From positions 1-64,000 of the forward strand of contig JAXHVD010000002.1 of NCBI GenBank assembly GCA_034189385.1: 64,000 bases of DNA. The letters are read 5' to 3'. Position 1 is the first letter of the stretch. The number at the start of each line of letters is the position of its first letter. Below the pieces are notes generated by a model, which ran no database searches, had not been told where the DNA came from, and worked only from the letters and a program-made list of their open reading frames with translations. Shown one piece after another: positions 40,252 to 52,013 of this stretch. The DNA comes from Thermodesulfobacteriota bacterium. GTDB taxonomy: Bacteria; Desulfobacterota; Desulfobacteria; Desulfobacterales; C00003060. The translations under genes and the position numbers were made by a program.

Positions 40252-43200
40252 ATGGTAAGCCAATTAAAATGCTGGGATGTTTTTGAATGTGGCGAGACGG
40301 AATGTCCTGTCTACAAATCAAGGGAGTTGAGGTGTTGGCTTGTTTCAGGCACCCATTGCAGGAATGAAATCCAGGGGAAGTTTTTGGAAAAAATAGAAAT
40401 GTGTCTGGATTGTGAGCCCTTCAAGGCCAACATTGATATCGATTCAGTAAAAGAAACACTCAGGGTTGTTCACAGGCAATTCACAGAATTTGGGAAGATG
40501 GTTCGGGAAAGAGATGCAGAGCTGGAAACCACCAGCATGGAGTTAGCCATAGGTCTGTCTGAGGTCATGGAGGCCTTAAAAAGGATCGCCTCAGGAGACC
40601 CTGAAATAAGAATTTCAGAGAGTTCCGAACTCGATTTGATTGCTAAACTAAAACACATGGTCAATCTGGCTGCCGAAAACCTTGGAGAGATTGTCGGCAT
40701 GTCTCATGATTTCGCCATCGGTCTTGCGGAGCACTTTGATGCGTTGCACAGGGTTTCAGAAGGGGACCTCTCTGCCAGGGTATCTGGTACTTCTGAAGTG
40801 GAATTGTTGGAAGCCCTGAAAAAAGTAACCAACCAGATGATTGAGAGTGTGTCCAGAGAAATCAACGAACGCAAGGCAGCAGAGGACACTCTGCTCAGGG
40901 AAAAGAATTTTTCTGAATCAGCCATCAGTAGTTTGCCAGGCATCTTCTATCTCTTTGACGAAAAAGGGAGGTACCTGAGGTGGAACGAGAATTTTGAAAA
41001 AGTGTCAGGGTATTCAGCTGAAGAGATATCAGGCATGGTTCCTCTTGACTTCTTTGCCGGAGAAGACAAAGAGATTATTGCCGAGGCGATTCAAAAGGCT
41101 TTCGACCAAGGCAGAGCCGCTGTAGAAGCGGATCTTGTGTCGGCCCATGGCACGAAAACCCCATACTATTTTACAGGGATGCGGGTAAGGATAGGGGATT
41201 CAACCTATCTTGTAGGAATGGGGCTTAACATTTCCGAGCTCAAGGCGGCGGAGGATGCCTTGCAAGAGAGTGAAGCACTGCTCACCAGCATCGTCGAATC
41301 CATGAGCGATGGCATATTGGTGCTGGACCGGAACTTCCATTATACCTATTGGAACCGTGCCATGGAGAGAATATCCAAGACCGCCCGCAAGGAAGTAATC
41401 AACACCGGCAAGGTTGCGTGGGAGCTTTTCCCGCACTTGGCCGAAGAGGGGATAGATAAAGTGATACAAGAGGCCATGGGGGGCAGAACAGTCGAAACGG
41501 AGAACATCCCCTATTACCTCAGGGACGGAACAACCGGCTTCACTTCAGAGGTTTTTCGCCCTCTTAGGACATCGGCCGGAGAGATCAAAGGGGTGCTTGG
41601 CGTCGTTCGCGACGTTACTGAGCGCAAGAAATCAGAGGAGGAACTAAAAAAGGCCAAGGAAGATGCCGAGGCTGCCAACGTGGCCAAGAGTGAGTTCCTG
41701 GCGAACATGAGCCATGAGATCCGAACCCCCATGAACGCCATCGTCGGCATGACCGATCTTGCCCTTGGCACGGTCCTCACTACCGAGCAGCGGGAATACC
41801 TTCAAACCGTCAAGTCCTCCAGTGATTCCCTGCTGACCTTGATAAATGACATCCTTGACCTTTCAAAGATCGAGTCAAGAAAGCTGGCTCTTGACCTTGT
41901 AGAGTTCAACCTATCAGACAATGTGGGAGACACGTTAAAGACCCTTGCCGTGCGTGCTGACGAGAAGGGACTAGAGCTGGCCTGTCGTATTTTGCCCGAG
42001 GTGCCGGATATCTTGGTTGGCGACGCTGGGCGTCTGCGCCAGATTTTGATGAACTTAGTAGGAAACGCTATCAAGTTTACGGAACACGGTGAGGTGGTGG
42101 TCCTTGTGGAGAGGGGGGACGAGATAATTGACAAGATTTGCCTGCATTTTACTGTGTCGGACACAGGTGTTGGAATTCCCTCGGACAAGCAACGACTCAT
42201 CTTTGACCCCTTTGCCCAGGCCGATGGTACCACCACGCGAAAATATGGCGGCACAGGTTTGGGGCTTGCCATCACAAAACAGCTGGTTGAGATGATGGGA
42301 GGAGAAATCCAGGTGGAAAGCAAGATGGGCAAGGGCACTTCATTGCGCTTTAGGGCCTATTTCGACCTTCCCAGGAGACCGTTGGTGGAACCGCCGGATT
42401 TCGAGTATGTTGACGTAAGGGGGCTCCGCGTGTTGGTGGTGGATGACAATGCCACGAATCGCAGGATTCTGGAAGAGATACTTGCCAACTGGGGCATGAA
42501 GCCTACAGGCGTCAATAACGCAAGGACTGCCCTTGCTACTATGGAGCAGGCCAAGGTGCTGGGGGTGCCTTTTGTCCTGTTGCTCCTAGATGCTGTGATG
42601 CCCGGAATGGATGGGTTTGCCCTGGCCAAAGAAATGAAGAGACGCCCTGGGCTTGTCGGGGTTGTTATCATGATGGTGACCTCTGCCGGCCAGCGGGGTG
42701 ACGCTGCCAGATGCAGGGAATTGGGCATTTCCGCCTACCTGACAAAGCCGATCAAGCAATCAGATCTTTTGGATACCATCATGACCGTCCTCGCTCATGA
42801 GCAACGGGGTGAGAAAAGGCCGCCTTTTATCACCAGGCACAGACTCAGAGAAATGCAAGGTGTCCAGGCCGCAGAAATGGGCAGCAGGTTCCTTAGAATC
42901 CTCGTGGCTGAGGACAATGCTGTCAACCAGAAAGTAGTCTCCCGGATACTTGAAAAGCAGGGCCACACCGTTGTGCTGGTAGAAAATGGCAAAGAGGCGG
43001 TGGCTTCATTGGAGAAGGACAACTTTGATCTGATACTCATGGATGTTCAGATGCCCGAGATGGACGGATTGGAAGCCACAAAGACGATTCGGGCAAGGGA
43101 GTCGGAACAGGGGACCCGGATTCCCATTATAGCCCTTACTGCTCATGCCATGAAGGGCGATCGTGACCAGTGTCTGACGGTCGGGATGGATGATTATGTG

Positions 43201-43656
43201 TCAAAACCCATTAAACAAGAAGCGCTTTTTCAGGCTATGGCAAGGCAAGTTTTGGCTTCAGAAAAGATAAAGCCAAAGGGAGCTGACAAGGCCGCTTCAG
43301 AAAGGGGCGACATCTTCAATCGGGAAGCCTTGCTCCAGAGATTGGAGGGCAATGAGACCCTTTGCAACGAGCTTCTGGGGATATTTTTGGAAGATACCCC
43401 CGGACAATTGGAGAAACTGAAACAAGCAGTAGTGGACAATGATGCCTCACAAGTAGCATTTTCCGCCCACGCCATCAAGGGGGCATCAGCCAACATTGGG
43501 GCGGAGGCCTTAGAAGAGATAGCATATCAATTAGAAGTGGCCGGAAAAGACCAGAACATGGACAAGGCCCAGTCCTTTGTGGGAAAACTCGAAGGGCGGT
43601 TTGAAGACCTGATGAAGATCCTGTCGGCCGGCAAGCTCCCTGGTACACGGAGTTAG
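40252..43656 (+). CDS. Cytoplasmic hybrid histidine kinase (Cys-rich two-CW-like N-terminus, HAMP-like, two PAS, HisKA/HATPase, two REC, HPt)
   Basis: [16 protein letters not shown], two receiver domains, AHAIKGAS. Confidence 0.93.
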   Translation: MVSQLKCWDVFECGETECPVYKSRELRCWLVSGTHCRNEIQGKFLEKIEMCLDCEPFKANIDIDSVKETLRVVHRQFTEFGKMVRERDAELETTSMELAIGLSEVMEALKRIASGDPEIRISESSELDLIAKLKHMVNLAAENLGEIVGMSHDFAIGLAEHFDALHRVSEGDLSARVSGTSEVELLEALKKVTNQMIESVSREINERKAAEDTLLREKNFSESAISSLPGIFYLFDEKGRYLRWNENFEKVSGYSAEEISGMVPLDFFAGEDKEIIAEAIQKAFDQGRAAVEADLVSAHGTKTPYYFTGMRVRIGDSTYLVGMGLNISELKAAEDALQESEALLTSIVESMSDGILVLDRNFHYTYWNRAMERISKTARKEVINTGKVAWELFPHLAEEGIDKVIQEAMGGRTVETENIPYYLRDGTTGFTSEVFRPLRTSAGEIKGVLGVVRDVTERKKSEEELKKAKEDAEAANVAKSEFLANMSHEIRTPMNAIVGMTDLALGTVLTTEQREYLQTVKSSSDSLLTLINDILDLSKIESRKLALDLVEFNLSDNVGDTLKTLAVRADEKGLELACRILPEVPDILVGDAGRLRQILMNLVGNAIKFTEHGEVVVLVERGDEIIDKICLHFTVSDTGVGIPSDKQRLIFDPFAQADGTTTRKYGGTGLGLAITKQLVEMMGGEIQVESKMGKGTSLRFRAYFDLPRRPLVEPPDFEYVDVRGLRVLVVDDNATNRRILEEILANWGMKPTGVNNARTALATMEQAKVLGVPFVLLLLDAVMPGMDGFALAKEMKRRPGLVGVVIMMVTSAGQRGDAARCRELGISAYLTKPIKQSDLLDTIMTVLAHEQRGEKRPPFITRHRLREMQGVQAAEMGSRFLRILVAEDNAVNQKVVSRILEKQGHTVVLVENGKEAVASLEKDNFDLILMDVQMPEMDGLEATKTIRARESEQGTRIPIIALTAHAMKGDRDQCLTVGMDDYVSKPIKQEALFQAMARQVLASEKIKPKGADKAASERGDIFNREALLQRLEGNETLCNELLGIFLEDTPGQLEKLKQAVVDNDASQVAFSAHAIKGASANIGAEALEEIAYQLEVAGKDQNMDKAQSFVGKLEGRFEDLMKILSAGKLPGTRS

Positions 43657-43716
43657 CCATCTGCTCTGGTGGCATCCAGCCCATGGAGGCAAAAGGCACT
43701 GGAGATTGCGTCTTTC

Positions 43717-44115
43717 CTAACGGGGCTTCACGTTTTCTTCAACCCACCCGACGATGTTCTTCAAGGGGGTGCCAGGCGGGAAGATCTCTTTAACCCCTAT
43801 GGCCTTGAGTTTTTCCGCATCCTTTTCACAGATAATCCCGCCTCCCACGACCATGATGTCTTCTGCCCCTTGGGCTTTCAGTAAGTCAATGACTTTGCCA
43901 AAGAGGTAGAGGTGGGCACCGGCCAAGCTGCTCAGGCCGATGAGGTCCACATCTTCTTGGATGGCGGCACTCACGATTTGCTCAGGACTCTGATGGAGGC
44001 CGCCATAAATGACCTCAAAGCCCGCATCACGAAAGGCTCTGGCAATGATGCGGGCCCCTCGATCATGGCCATCGAGCCCGGGCTTTGCTACAAGAATTCT
44101 GACCTTTCGTGTCAT
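43717..44115 (-). CDS. Acyl-CoA mutase B12-binding small subunit (IcmB-like)
   Basis: KPGLDGHDRG and GLSSL motifs. Confidence 0.93.
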   Translation of the reverse strand: MTRKVRILVAKPGLDGHDRGARIIARAFRDAGFEVIYGGLHQSPEQIVSAAIQEDVDLIGLSSLAGAHLYLFGKVIDLLKAQGAEDIMVVGGGIICEKDAEKLKAIGVKEIFPPGTPLKNIVGWVEENVKPR

Positions 44116-44251
44116 GAGATTCGATGAAAGAAGGGCTCAAGCCATAGGGCTTAGGGCAAAAGGCTGGTAGCCTTGGCCCTCGTAATCTGCCCAAAAGCTA
44201 AAACCCATTTTAGACCGTCTATACCTCAAGCGATGTTGTGGCCCACTGTCG

Positions 44252-45937
44252 TCAAAAGGTCCCCGGATCCCGATACACTCCGAAGACCTTTCTAAACACA
44301 TCACACATCTCTTGCAGGGTGCAATAGGCCGACGCCGCCTCAATGAGCAAAGGCATTACATTTTTGTTGCCGCTGCAGGCCTCTGCCAGGTGTTCTAAAG
44401 ACCCTTCAGCTTTCTTTTGGTCCCGGCTGTTTTTCACTTCATTGGTCCGTGCAATCTGACGCTCTTCCAGGGCCTCATCAACGTGGTAGATGTCAACGGG
44501 AATGTCATCTTCCTCCACATACTTATTCACACCCACCATGATCCTCTTCTTCTCGTCGAGCTCCCTCTGAAATCTGTACGCAGCGTCTGCGATTTCCATC
44601 TGAGGGTAGTTCCTTTCGATGGCCTTCAGCATGCCGCCCATATCATCAATCTTGTTAATATATGCGTAGGCGGCCTGCTCCATCTCCTCTGTGAGGGTCT
44701 CGAGGAAGTAAGACCCGCCTAGAGGATCGATGGTGTTTACAACGCCGGTTTCCTGGGCCAGGATTTGCTGTGTGCGCAGGGCAATAGTTGCGGCCTCTTC
44801 TGTAGGAATAGCAAGGACCTCGTCGAAGGAATTGGTATGAAGGGACTGGGTGCCGCCCAGCACCGCAGCCAGGGCTTCCACGGCAGTGCGCACCACATTA
44901 TTGAAAGGTTGGGCAGCGGTGAGACTGCACCCTGCTGTCTGTGTATGAAAGCGGAGCCACAGGGAACGCTCTGATGTTGCTCCAAATCGTTTCTTCATGA
45001 TCTCTGCCCACATCCTGCGGGCGGCCCGGTATTTGGCGATCTCTTCAAAGAAGTCAATATGGGCATTGAAAAAGAAAGAAAGCCGAGGAGCAAAGGCATC
45101 CACGTCAAGGCCGCGCTTTAAGGCCGCTTCCACATAAGCAATGCCGTCTGCCAGGGTAAAGGCGAGTTCCTGGACGGCCGTGGAACCTGCCTCGCGGATG
45201 TGATAGCCACTGATGCTAATGGTATTCCATCTGGGCACGTCCTGGGCCCCAAACTCTATGGTGTCTACGATAAGACGCATGGACGGTTTAGGTGGGCACA
45301 TGAAGGTCTTCTGGGCGATAAACTCTTTGAGCATGTCATTTTGAATGGTGCCGCCGAGTTTTTCTCTTGGTATGCCCCTCTTTTCTGCCATGGCAATGTA
45401 CATGGCCCAGAGGACTGGGGCAGGGGGGTTAATCGTCATGGAGGTGGTCAGTCGGTCTACTGGGAGCCCATCAAAGAGGATTTCCATGTCCTTCAAGGTG
45501 TCGATGGCCACACCACACCTTCCACATTCGCCCCGCGACCTAGGGTCCTCGGTGTCATAGCCCATGAGGGTAGGCATGTCAAAGGCCGTGGACAGCCCCG
45601 TCTGTCCATGTTCGACTAGGTAGTGAAATCGCTTATTGGTTTCCTCTGCGCTTCCAAGACCCGCAAACATCCTCATGGTCCAGAGCCTTCCCCGATACAT
45701 GGAGGCCTGAACCCCTCGGGTATAGGGATATTGACCTGGAAAACCCAGCTTGGCCCCGTAGTCGAAGCCTTTTATGTCTGAGGGCACGTAGAGCTCTTGA
45801 ATCCCTTTGCCAGACACCGTGGTGGCATCTCTTCTGTCCGAAAGGCTGGTGGCAAGCTTTTCTTGGTAATGCTTCTGCCAGGCATTTTTCTCGGATGCTA
45901 TCTTAGCCACTTCATCTTCTTTAAACAATTTGCCCAT
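44252..45937 (-). CDS. Acyl-CoA mutase large subunit, isobutyryl-CoA mutase-like
   Basis: [19 protein letters not shown] and SGYHIREAG motifs. Confidence 0.9.
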   Translation of the reverse strand: MGKLFKEDEVAKIASEKNAWQKHYQEKLATSLSDRRDATTVSGKGIQELYVPSDIKGFDYGAKLGFPGQYPYTRGVQASMYRGRLWTMRMFAGLGSAEETNKRFHYLVEHGQTGLSTAFDMPTLMGYDTEDPRSRGECGRCGVAIDTLKDMEILFDGLPVDRLTTSMTINPPAPVLWAMYIAMAEKRGIPREKLGGTIQNDMLKEFIAQKTFMCPPKPSMRLIVDTIEFGAQDVPRWNTISISGYHIREAGSTAVQELAFTLADGIAYVEAALKRGLDVDAFAPRLSFFFNAHIDFFEEIAKYRAARRMWAEIMKKRFGATSERSLWLRFHTQTAGCSLTAAQPFNNVVRTAVEALAAVLGGTQSLHTNSFDEVLAIPTEEAATIALRTQQILAQETGVVNTIDPLGGSYFLETLTEEMEQAAYAYINKIDDMGGMLKAIERNYPQMEIADAAYRFQRELDEKKRIMVGVNKYVEEDDIPVDIYHVDEALEERQIARTNEVKNSRDQKKAEGSLEHLAEACSGNKNVMPLLIEAASAYCTLQEMCDVFRKVFGVYRDPGTF

Positions 45938-46018
45938 GGCGTGCCTCTCGGAGTTGGATGCCGACTCGAGGTCCCCGTGCTTGGTCGGGCCAGATGCATG
46001 TTGATCAAGTAGGCAGCT

Positions 46019-47179
46019 TCACCTTCCCCTTCCCTGTTTCAGAAGATTGCGAGCGATGACCAGCCGCATGATCTCGTTGGTCCCCTCATATATCTGACAT
46101 ATCTTGGCGTCGCGCATGTGGCGCTCCATGGGGAATTCCTTGCAGTAGCCGTATCCCCCAAGGATTTGAACGCCCTCCACGGAAGCCTCCATGGCCATGT
46201 CTGAGGCGTACATCTTTGCCATGGCAGCCTCCTTCTCAAAGGGTTTGCCATGATCCTGGAGCCAAGCGGCCCTGAGGAGGAGGAGTTCGGCTGCATCAAG
46301 GTGTGTGGCCATGTCCGCGAGTTTCCACTGTATGGCTTGGAATTTGGATATCGGTTTGCCAAACTGCTCGCGCACCATGGCATATTCCAGCGCTTCTTCC
46401 AGCACTGCCCGCCCAATACCCAGGGCCTGTGCCCCGATACCCAGGCGACCGGCGTCTAGGGTCGTCAGCATTTGCCTCAGGCCTGAGCCCAATTCACCGA
46501 GGAGGTTCTCTTTGGGGATACGGGCATCGTGAAACACAAGCTCTGCAGTGCCCGAGGCCTTAATCCCCATCTTGTCTTCCACATGGCCCACTGAAAAGCC
46601 TACCGTATTCTTCAAATCGACAATGAAGGAACTGATCCCCTTGTACCCTTTCTCTCTATCTGTGACCGCTGCCAGAATGCAGTAGTCTGCCACATTGCCA
46701 TTGGTGATAAACTTCTTTTCTCCATTGATGACCCAGTGATCTCCGTCCCTCTCTGCAGTGGTGCCCATGGAGGCAGGGTCTGATCCTGCCCCCGCTTCGG
46801 TGAGGCCGTAGCAGCCGATGGCCGCGCCGCTTGCCACGGGGGTGAGGTATCTGACCTTTTGCTCATGGCTCCCAAAGGTGTTGATGGGAAAACAATACAA
46901 GGAGTTGTTTACGGACATGATGACCCCAGTGGAGGCACAGGCCCTGGAGATCTCGGTGACAGCCAAGATATAGGAGATATAGTCCATGGCCGCCCCGCCG
47001 TAATCCTCCGGCATGGTAATTCCCATGAGGCCCAGTTCTCCCATCTTCTGGCACAACTCGGCAGGATGTTCCTTTGTTTCGTCTAGCCGGCCGGCCACCG
47101 GCTTGATCTCCTTTTCTGCAAAACGCCGGCACATGTCCTGTATCATCTTCTGCTCTTCCGTTAACTCAAAATGCATCAC
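46019..47179 (-). CDS. Short/branched-chain acyl-CoA dehydrogenase
   Basis: LTEAGAGSD, REQFG, GGYGY and IYEGTNE motifs. Confidence 0.95.
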   Translation of the reverse strand: MMHFELTEEQKMIQDMCRRFAEKEIKPVAGRLDETKEHPAELCQKMGELGLMGITMPEDYGGAAMDYISYILAVTEISRACASTGVIMSVNNSLYCFPINTFGSHEQKVRYLTPVASGAAIGCYGLTEAGAGSDPASMGTTAERDGDHWVINGEKKFITNGNVADYCILAAVTDREKGYKGISSFIVDLKNTVGFSVGHVEDKMGIKASGTAELVFHDARIPKENLLGELGSGLRQMLTTLDAGRLGIGAQALGIGRAVLEEALEYAMVREQFGKPISKFQAIQWKLADMATHLDAAELLLLRAAWLQDHGKPFEKEAAMAKMYASDMAMEASVEGVQILGGYGYCKEFPMERHMRDAKICQIYEGTNEIMRLVIARNLLKQGRGR

Positions 47180-47390
47180 ACCTCCTCATCCAATCTCCAG
47201 GACTCCAACCTTTGTCGACGTCCGTTCACCGACGTCCGGGGAACCTCTCTGGCCAGTCGCCCTGTTCCGACCCTTACTAGCAATGCCACTCTAAGACGCA
47301 CGGAGCTTGAATAAAGCTTGCTCCCAAGGAACAGACTCAAGAAAATAGGCAGATGCGCAACGAACACTGGATAAGACTAAACAGATGTGT

Positions 47391-48176
47391 TCATGCCAGT
47401 TTTCCTGTAAACTTTGGTGGTCGTTTTTCCAGAAAAGCGCTTGTTCCTTCCTTTTGATCGGGGCTGGCAAAACAGAGGGAAAAGGCATCTGCCTCCAGGG
47501 CACACCCATTTTTGAGGTCCACGTCAAATCCATTATCGATGACGTATTTAATGGCCCGAAGGGCCACCGGGCCCTTTTCTGCGATGGCGGTTGCAATCTT
47601 CCATGTTTCTTCCATGAGGCTTTGTGCTGGGAAAACCCTGGTGATCAAGCCCATGGCAAAGGCCTCCTGGGCCGTGATGATGCGGCCCGTCATACAGAGT
47701 TCTTTTGCCCGGGCCTTTCCCACAAGTCTGGCAAGACGCTGGGTGCCGCCAAAGCCCGGTATAAGTCCAAGATTGATCTCAGGCTGTCCAAGCTTCGCTT
47801 CTTCTGATGCACACACAAAATCACAGGCCATGGCGATCTCACAGCCTCCCCCTAGGGCAAAGCCATTGACACAAGCAATGACGGGGATGTCCAATGCCTC
47901 TAATGCCAGGAGGAGAGCCTGACCCTTTCTTGCGAATTCCTTTGCGCCAAGGGGATCAAGGCCCTGCAACACGGAAATATCTGCCCCGGCCACAAAGGCC
48001 CTACCGGCTCCTGTTAAGACAAGGACCTTGACCTCAGGCGGCTTTGGCAGTTCTGAAATCGCCCGGCCAATTTCTGCTATCACCTCCAGGTTCAAGGCAT
48101 TGAGCACCTTAGGACGATTGAACGTAAGGGTGGCAATGGCACCAGATATGTCTACCTCAATGGTTTTATAGGACAT
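47391..48176 (-). CDS. Enoyl-CoA hydratase (crotonase)
   Basis: FVAGADI, ALGGGCE and PEINLGLIPGFGGTQRL motifs. Confidence 0.95.
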   Translation of the reverse strand: MSYKTIEVDISGAIATLTFNRPKVLNALNLEVIAEIGRAISELPKPPEVKVLVLTGAGRAFVAGADISVLQGLDPLGAKEFARKGQALLLALEALDIPVIACVNGFALGGGCEIAMACDFVCASEEAKLGQPEINLGLIPGFGGTQRLARLVGKARAKELCMTGRIITAQEAFAMGLITRVFPAQSLMEETWKIATAIAEKGPVALRAIKYVIDNGFDVDLKNGCALEADAFSLCFASPDQKEGTSAFLEKRPPKFTGKLA

Positions 48177-48187
48177 GAGAACCTCCT

Positions 48188-49366
48188 TTAATCCCTTTCT
48201 ACGAGTAGGCAAACGGCCTCACCACCACCCAGGCACAGACATGCCACGCCACGCTTTGCACCCGTATCCTTCATGGCATATAGTAGCGTTACCAGGACCC
48301 GTGCACCGCTTGCACCAATAGGATGACCAAGTGCCACTGCCCCGCCCCGCAGATTGACCTTGGCCGGATCGAGTCCCAAGGTTTTGTTGATGGCCACGCT
48401 GGAGGCCGAGAAGGCTTCATTGATCTCAAAGATGTCGATGTCATCAATAGTAAGGCTGGCCTTTTTCAGGAGTTTGGGAATGCCGTAAATAGGTGCGATG
48501 AGCACATACTTCGGGTCAATGCCGACTGAACATTGTACGCCCACCCTGGCCATGGGCTCCAGATTCATGGCTTGGGCCTTTTCCCGGGCCATCACCACAA
48601 CGGCCGCAGCGCCGTCGCTGATTTTGGAGGCATTTCCTGCCGTAACCGTACCGTCCTTCTTAAAGGCCGGGGCCAACTTGGCCAGGGCCTCCATAGAGGT
48701 CTCACGGACCGTCTCATCTCTATTAAAGGAGATGGCTGGGCCTTTCCGTTGAGGGATCTCAACGGTAAATATCTCCTGATCAAAGGCGCCGTCCTTTTGG
48801 GCCTTAAGAGCCTTACCGTAGGAATTAAATGCGAATTCATCCTGGTCTTTCCGTGTCACCTCATATTTCTCAGCGCAAAGCTCTGCACTCATCCCCATAT
48901 GAAAGTCATTGATGTGATCCCAGAGGCCGTCATGCACCATGCCGTCAATGAGCTTGCCGTGGCCCATGCGATATCCTGTTCGCGCCTTTTGCAAGAAGTA
49001 CGGTGCTAGATTCATGCTTTCCATACCCCCGGCCACAACAACGTCCGCGTCGTTTGTCATGATGGCCTGGGCGGCCAACATCACCGACTTCAAACCAGAA
49101 CCACATACCTTGTTCACGGTGATGGCCTCGAGGTCGTAGGGAAAGCCTCCTTTCAGCAAGGCCTGCCTGGCCGGGTTTTGGCCGAGGCCGCAGGGCAACA
49201 CATTGCCCATGATCACCTCATCTACATCCTCGGCGGAGACTCCTGCCCGTTTCATCGCTTCTGTGATGGCATAAGCCCCTAGGTCCGTCGCAGAAATACC
49301 GGACAACGTACCTTGAAATCCGCCTACAGCCGTTCTTGCCGCACTCACAATGACAACTTCTCTCAT
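48188..49366 (-). CDS. Acetyl-CoA C-acetyltransferase (thiolase)
   Basis: NKVCGSG, NEAF, GHPIGASG and CLGGG motifs. Confidence 0.96.
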   Translation of the reverse strand: MREVVIVSAARTAVGGFQGTLSGISATDLGAYAITEAMKRAGVSAEDVDEVIMGNVLPCGLGQNPARQALLKGGFPYDLEAITVNKVCGSGLKSVMLAAQAIMTNDADVVVAGGMESMNLAPYFLQKARTGYRMGHGKLIDGMVHDGLWDHINDFHMGMSAELCAEKYEVTRKDQDEFAFNSYGKALKAQKDGAFDQEIFTVEIPQRKGPAISFNRDETVRETSMEALAKLAPAFKKDGTVTAGNASKISDGAAAVVVMAREKAQAMNLEPMARVGVQCSVGIDPKYVLIAPIYGIPKLLKKASLTIDDIDIFEINEAFSASSVAINKTLGLDPAKVNLRGGAVALGHPIGASGARVLVTLLYAMKDTGAKRGVACLCLGGGEAVCLLVERD

Positions 49367-49464
49367 GGATCCTCCTTTTTTTGCTGGAATTCGGGGAGAT
49401 GTGATTTACACGGCCGTCTCGTCAACAGGCAACTCAAAAAGCTATAGGCTGCAGCAGACTCGGC

Positions 49465-50112
49465 TCAATGACCGTGTGCGTATTCTGGCCTAAAAAAAGG
49501 CGTAAACACGATTCTGTCTATGGTGCCCAAATGGAAACGGGCTCGCCTTTTCTTTTCAACCACATAGGCTTCCACGAAAAGCTTAGATTGTTTCAAAGAG
49601 AGTCCCAATGGGTCTAGGACGATTTGTCGTTCTGGAGCACCATGGCGGAAGTGTACCAGAATTCGCCTCTTCTCGTCCACGGCGCACATCATTTCTTTCA
49701 GGATGTCTTCCCTGCAGCCAAAGCCGTCTCTAATGATCACATCGTCAATGAGAGATCTGATAAGTTCCCTGTGCGACTCCTGCAGGTGTTCAACAATGGC
49801 ATAGAGACCCTTCAAGGCCCGCCGCACGACAGAAAAGTCTCTCGTGGCAAATAGATGGCGCGTGGCCAAGACAAGGGCCAAGATCTCGCTCAAAGGGAGC
49901 TTGTCTATGGTGACCACGGGGTCACCGAGTATCGTGAACCGCCCCTTTATCCTGGAAAACTGAAACCCCATCTCAGTCAGCTGATTTCTGTCGTAGTAAA
50001 ACTGTCGAATAGAGATTCCGAGATCTTCGGCGATCCGTTCAGGCGGCTTCTGCGGTTGGGTCCGGACCTCAACAATCATGCGAAGAAGGCGTGCAAGACG
50101 GTGGCTTTGCAT
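49465..50112 (-). CDS. HTH-WYL (PafC/DeoR-like) transcriptional regulator
   Basis: N-terminal HTH (LGISIRQFYYDRNQL); WYL-like LDPLGL...RFHLGTI. Confidence 0.8.
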   Translation of the reverse strand: MQSHRLARLLRMIVEVRTQPQKPPERIAEDLGISIRQFYYDRNQLTEMGFQFSRIKGRFTILGDPVVTIDKLPLSEILALVLATRHLFATRDFSVVRRALKGLYAIVEHLQESHRELIRSLIDDVIIRDGFGCREDILKEMMCAVDEKRRILVHFRHGAPERQIVLDPLGLSLKQSKLFVEAYVVEKKRRARFHLGTIDRIVFTPFFRPEYAHGH

Positions 50113-50280
50113 GAAAAAACCATAGATTTTAATAGGTTCAAAGTCAAGACAAAAAGGTCGGAAGATCCCTTGACAGTGAAATTCCGGACATGGATGGTCT
50201 TATGTATAACATCCAGTACCTGGCCATGGGTTGCCAATGTGCTGTTGACATGACAGAGGCCGTCCTGCTATCGATGGCCC

Positions 50281-51075
50281 ATGACCAAGCAGATTCGTAT
50301 CGGTGCATTGATTTCAGGAGGAGGCAGCAACCTGCAGGCCATCATAGAGGCCTGTGCGGCAAGACGGATAGACGGCCGGGTGGTATTCGTAGGGTCAGAT
50401 AACCCTGGGGCTCAAGGGTTGGATAGGGCCATGGGCCACGGCATTGCCACCTTTGTAGTGGACTACAAGGCCATTTTCAAGCAGGCCAAAGGGCAATCTC
50501 TAGATGAGCTGATTCCGCAGGATTTTGATCTGGACAACGTCCTAGCGATGCAATGTCTTGTGCCGGGCGCTTCGGATAGAGAAAAAATGGCAAGGTATTT
50601 TGGGATCAGGGCCGTTGCCGAGGCTGCCTTGCTTAAAGAGATGGCCAACCATCCTTTCGACCTTTTGGTCTTGGCCGGTTTCATGAGAGTGCTCACCCCC
50701 TATTTCATAGACAGGGTGAACACTGATTCCTCACTGCCGCGCATTATGAATATCCATCCTGCGCTCCTTCCTTCTTTCCCCGGCACCGACGGCTATGGTG
50801 ATACCTATAGATATGGCTGCAAGGTGGGGGGGTGTACGGTTCATTTTGTGGATTACGGGGAAGACACTGGGGCCATCATCGGCCAGAAGGCCTTTGAAAT
50901 CGAGCCTCAAGATACGGTTGAAACGGTGCGGGAGAAGGGCCTTAAGCTTGAGTGGGAGCTTTACCCCACCTGTATTCAGCTATTTGCTAAAAAACGCCTG
51001 AGGGTTTTGGCCAAAGCCCATGGGGTCTTAAATGGGACGATAACGAGCAGGAAGGTGGTCGAGATCGTCACGTGA
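50281..51075 (+). CDS. purN: Phosphoribosylglycinamide formyltransferase
   Basis: ISGGGSNLQA, LAGFMR, NIHPALLP and GCTVHFVD..DTG motifs. Confidence 0.95.
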   Translation: MTKQIRIGALISGGGSNLQAIIEACAARRIDGRVVFVGSDNPGAQGLDRAMGHGIATFVVDYKAIFKQAKGQSLDELIPQDFDLDNVLAMQCLVPGASDREKMARYFGIRAVAEAALLKEMANHPFDLLVLAGFMRVLTPYFIDRVNTDSSLPRIMNIHPALLPSFPGTDGYGDTYRYGCKVGGCTVHFVDYGEDTGAIIGQKAFEIEPQDTVETVREKGLKLEWELYPTCIQLFAKKRLRVLAKAHGVLNGTITSRKVVEIVT

Positions 51076-51287
51076 TGCCATGGGCTCCCACGTTTTCCAT
51101 ATTCCCTTTCTGCGGCACGCTGTCTCCGCCCTTCCGTGGGCCGCTTTCTGGTGAAAGCAGGCTACTTCCTTGACACACAGACCGTTCTGCGTATATATAT
51201 TCCATCCATTTTGTTCCCATTACCCACAAGCCCGGAAAGGGGTTCATTTCAGGCTTGATCCCTTACTTTTCCTAAGGAGGTAACTCT

Positions 51288-51962
51288 ATGTACGTCGGTA
51301 GAGTCATGCGTACAGATTTGGTAACAGTGCCCCCTGACACGTCGCTAGTCAAAGCAAAGGATATTATCACTGCCAAACGGATTGCCCATCTCTTGGTGGT
51401 AGACAAGAAAGACAAACTGGTTGGCATTGTCTCCGACAGGGACCTTAAGCAAAGTTGGGCATCACCGGCAACAACACTGAGCGCTCATGAGCTGAACTAT
51501 CTCTTGAAGCAGTTGTCCGTGGATATGATCATGGTAAAGAAGATTGTGACCATCCCGCCCGACACCACCATTGAACGTGCCGCCCATATCATGCAAGAGA
51601 ATAGGATTAGTGCCCTTCCAGTCCTACAGAATGAGGAACTTGTTGGGATCATCACCACCACGGACGTCATGGAGATTCTTCTTGAGGCCATTGGCATTGA
51701 TGGGGAAAGCAAGCGTTTTACTGTCTTGGTGGAGGATCGCATCGGTATCGTGGCGGAGGTGTCAAGAGTCCTGAAGGAGCAACAGGTCAACATCCGAAGC
51801 CTGGTCACTTGGCCTGAGAAAGGGAGATCTGGCGTCTACCACCTGGTCATGAGAGTGGCTGCGGCCCACGGAGAAAAGGCTGTTTCCGCTTTGACCACGG
51901 CGGGATACAAGGTGTTGACAGAATACGTTGAGGATCTCAGCCCATACTTGCCAAAACCATAG
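51288..51962 (+). CDS. CBS-pair plus ACT domain protein (AcuB-like)
   Basis: Two CBS domains and a C-terminal ACT (VEDRIG). Confidence 0.9.
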   Translation: MYVGRVMRTDLVTVPPDTSLVKAKDIITAKRIAHLLVVDKKDKLVGIVSDRDLKQSWASPATTLSAHELNYLLKQLSVDMIMVKKIVTIPPDTTIERAAHIMQENRISALPVLQNEELVGIITTTDVMEILLEAIGIDGESKRFTVLVEDRIGIVAEVSRVLKEQQVNIRSLVTWPEKGRSGVYHLVMRVAAAHGEKAVSALTTAGYKVLTEYVEDLSPYLPKP

Positions 51963-52013
51963 CCCGTTCGCGCCCTCTTCATCCCTCGCACAGTCTTGAC
52001 AGCAGGTGTACCT

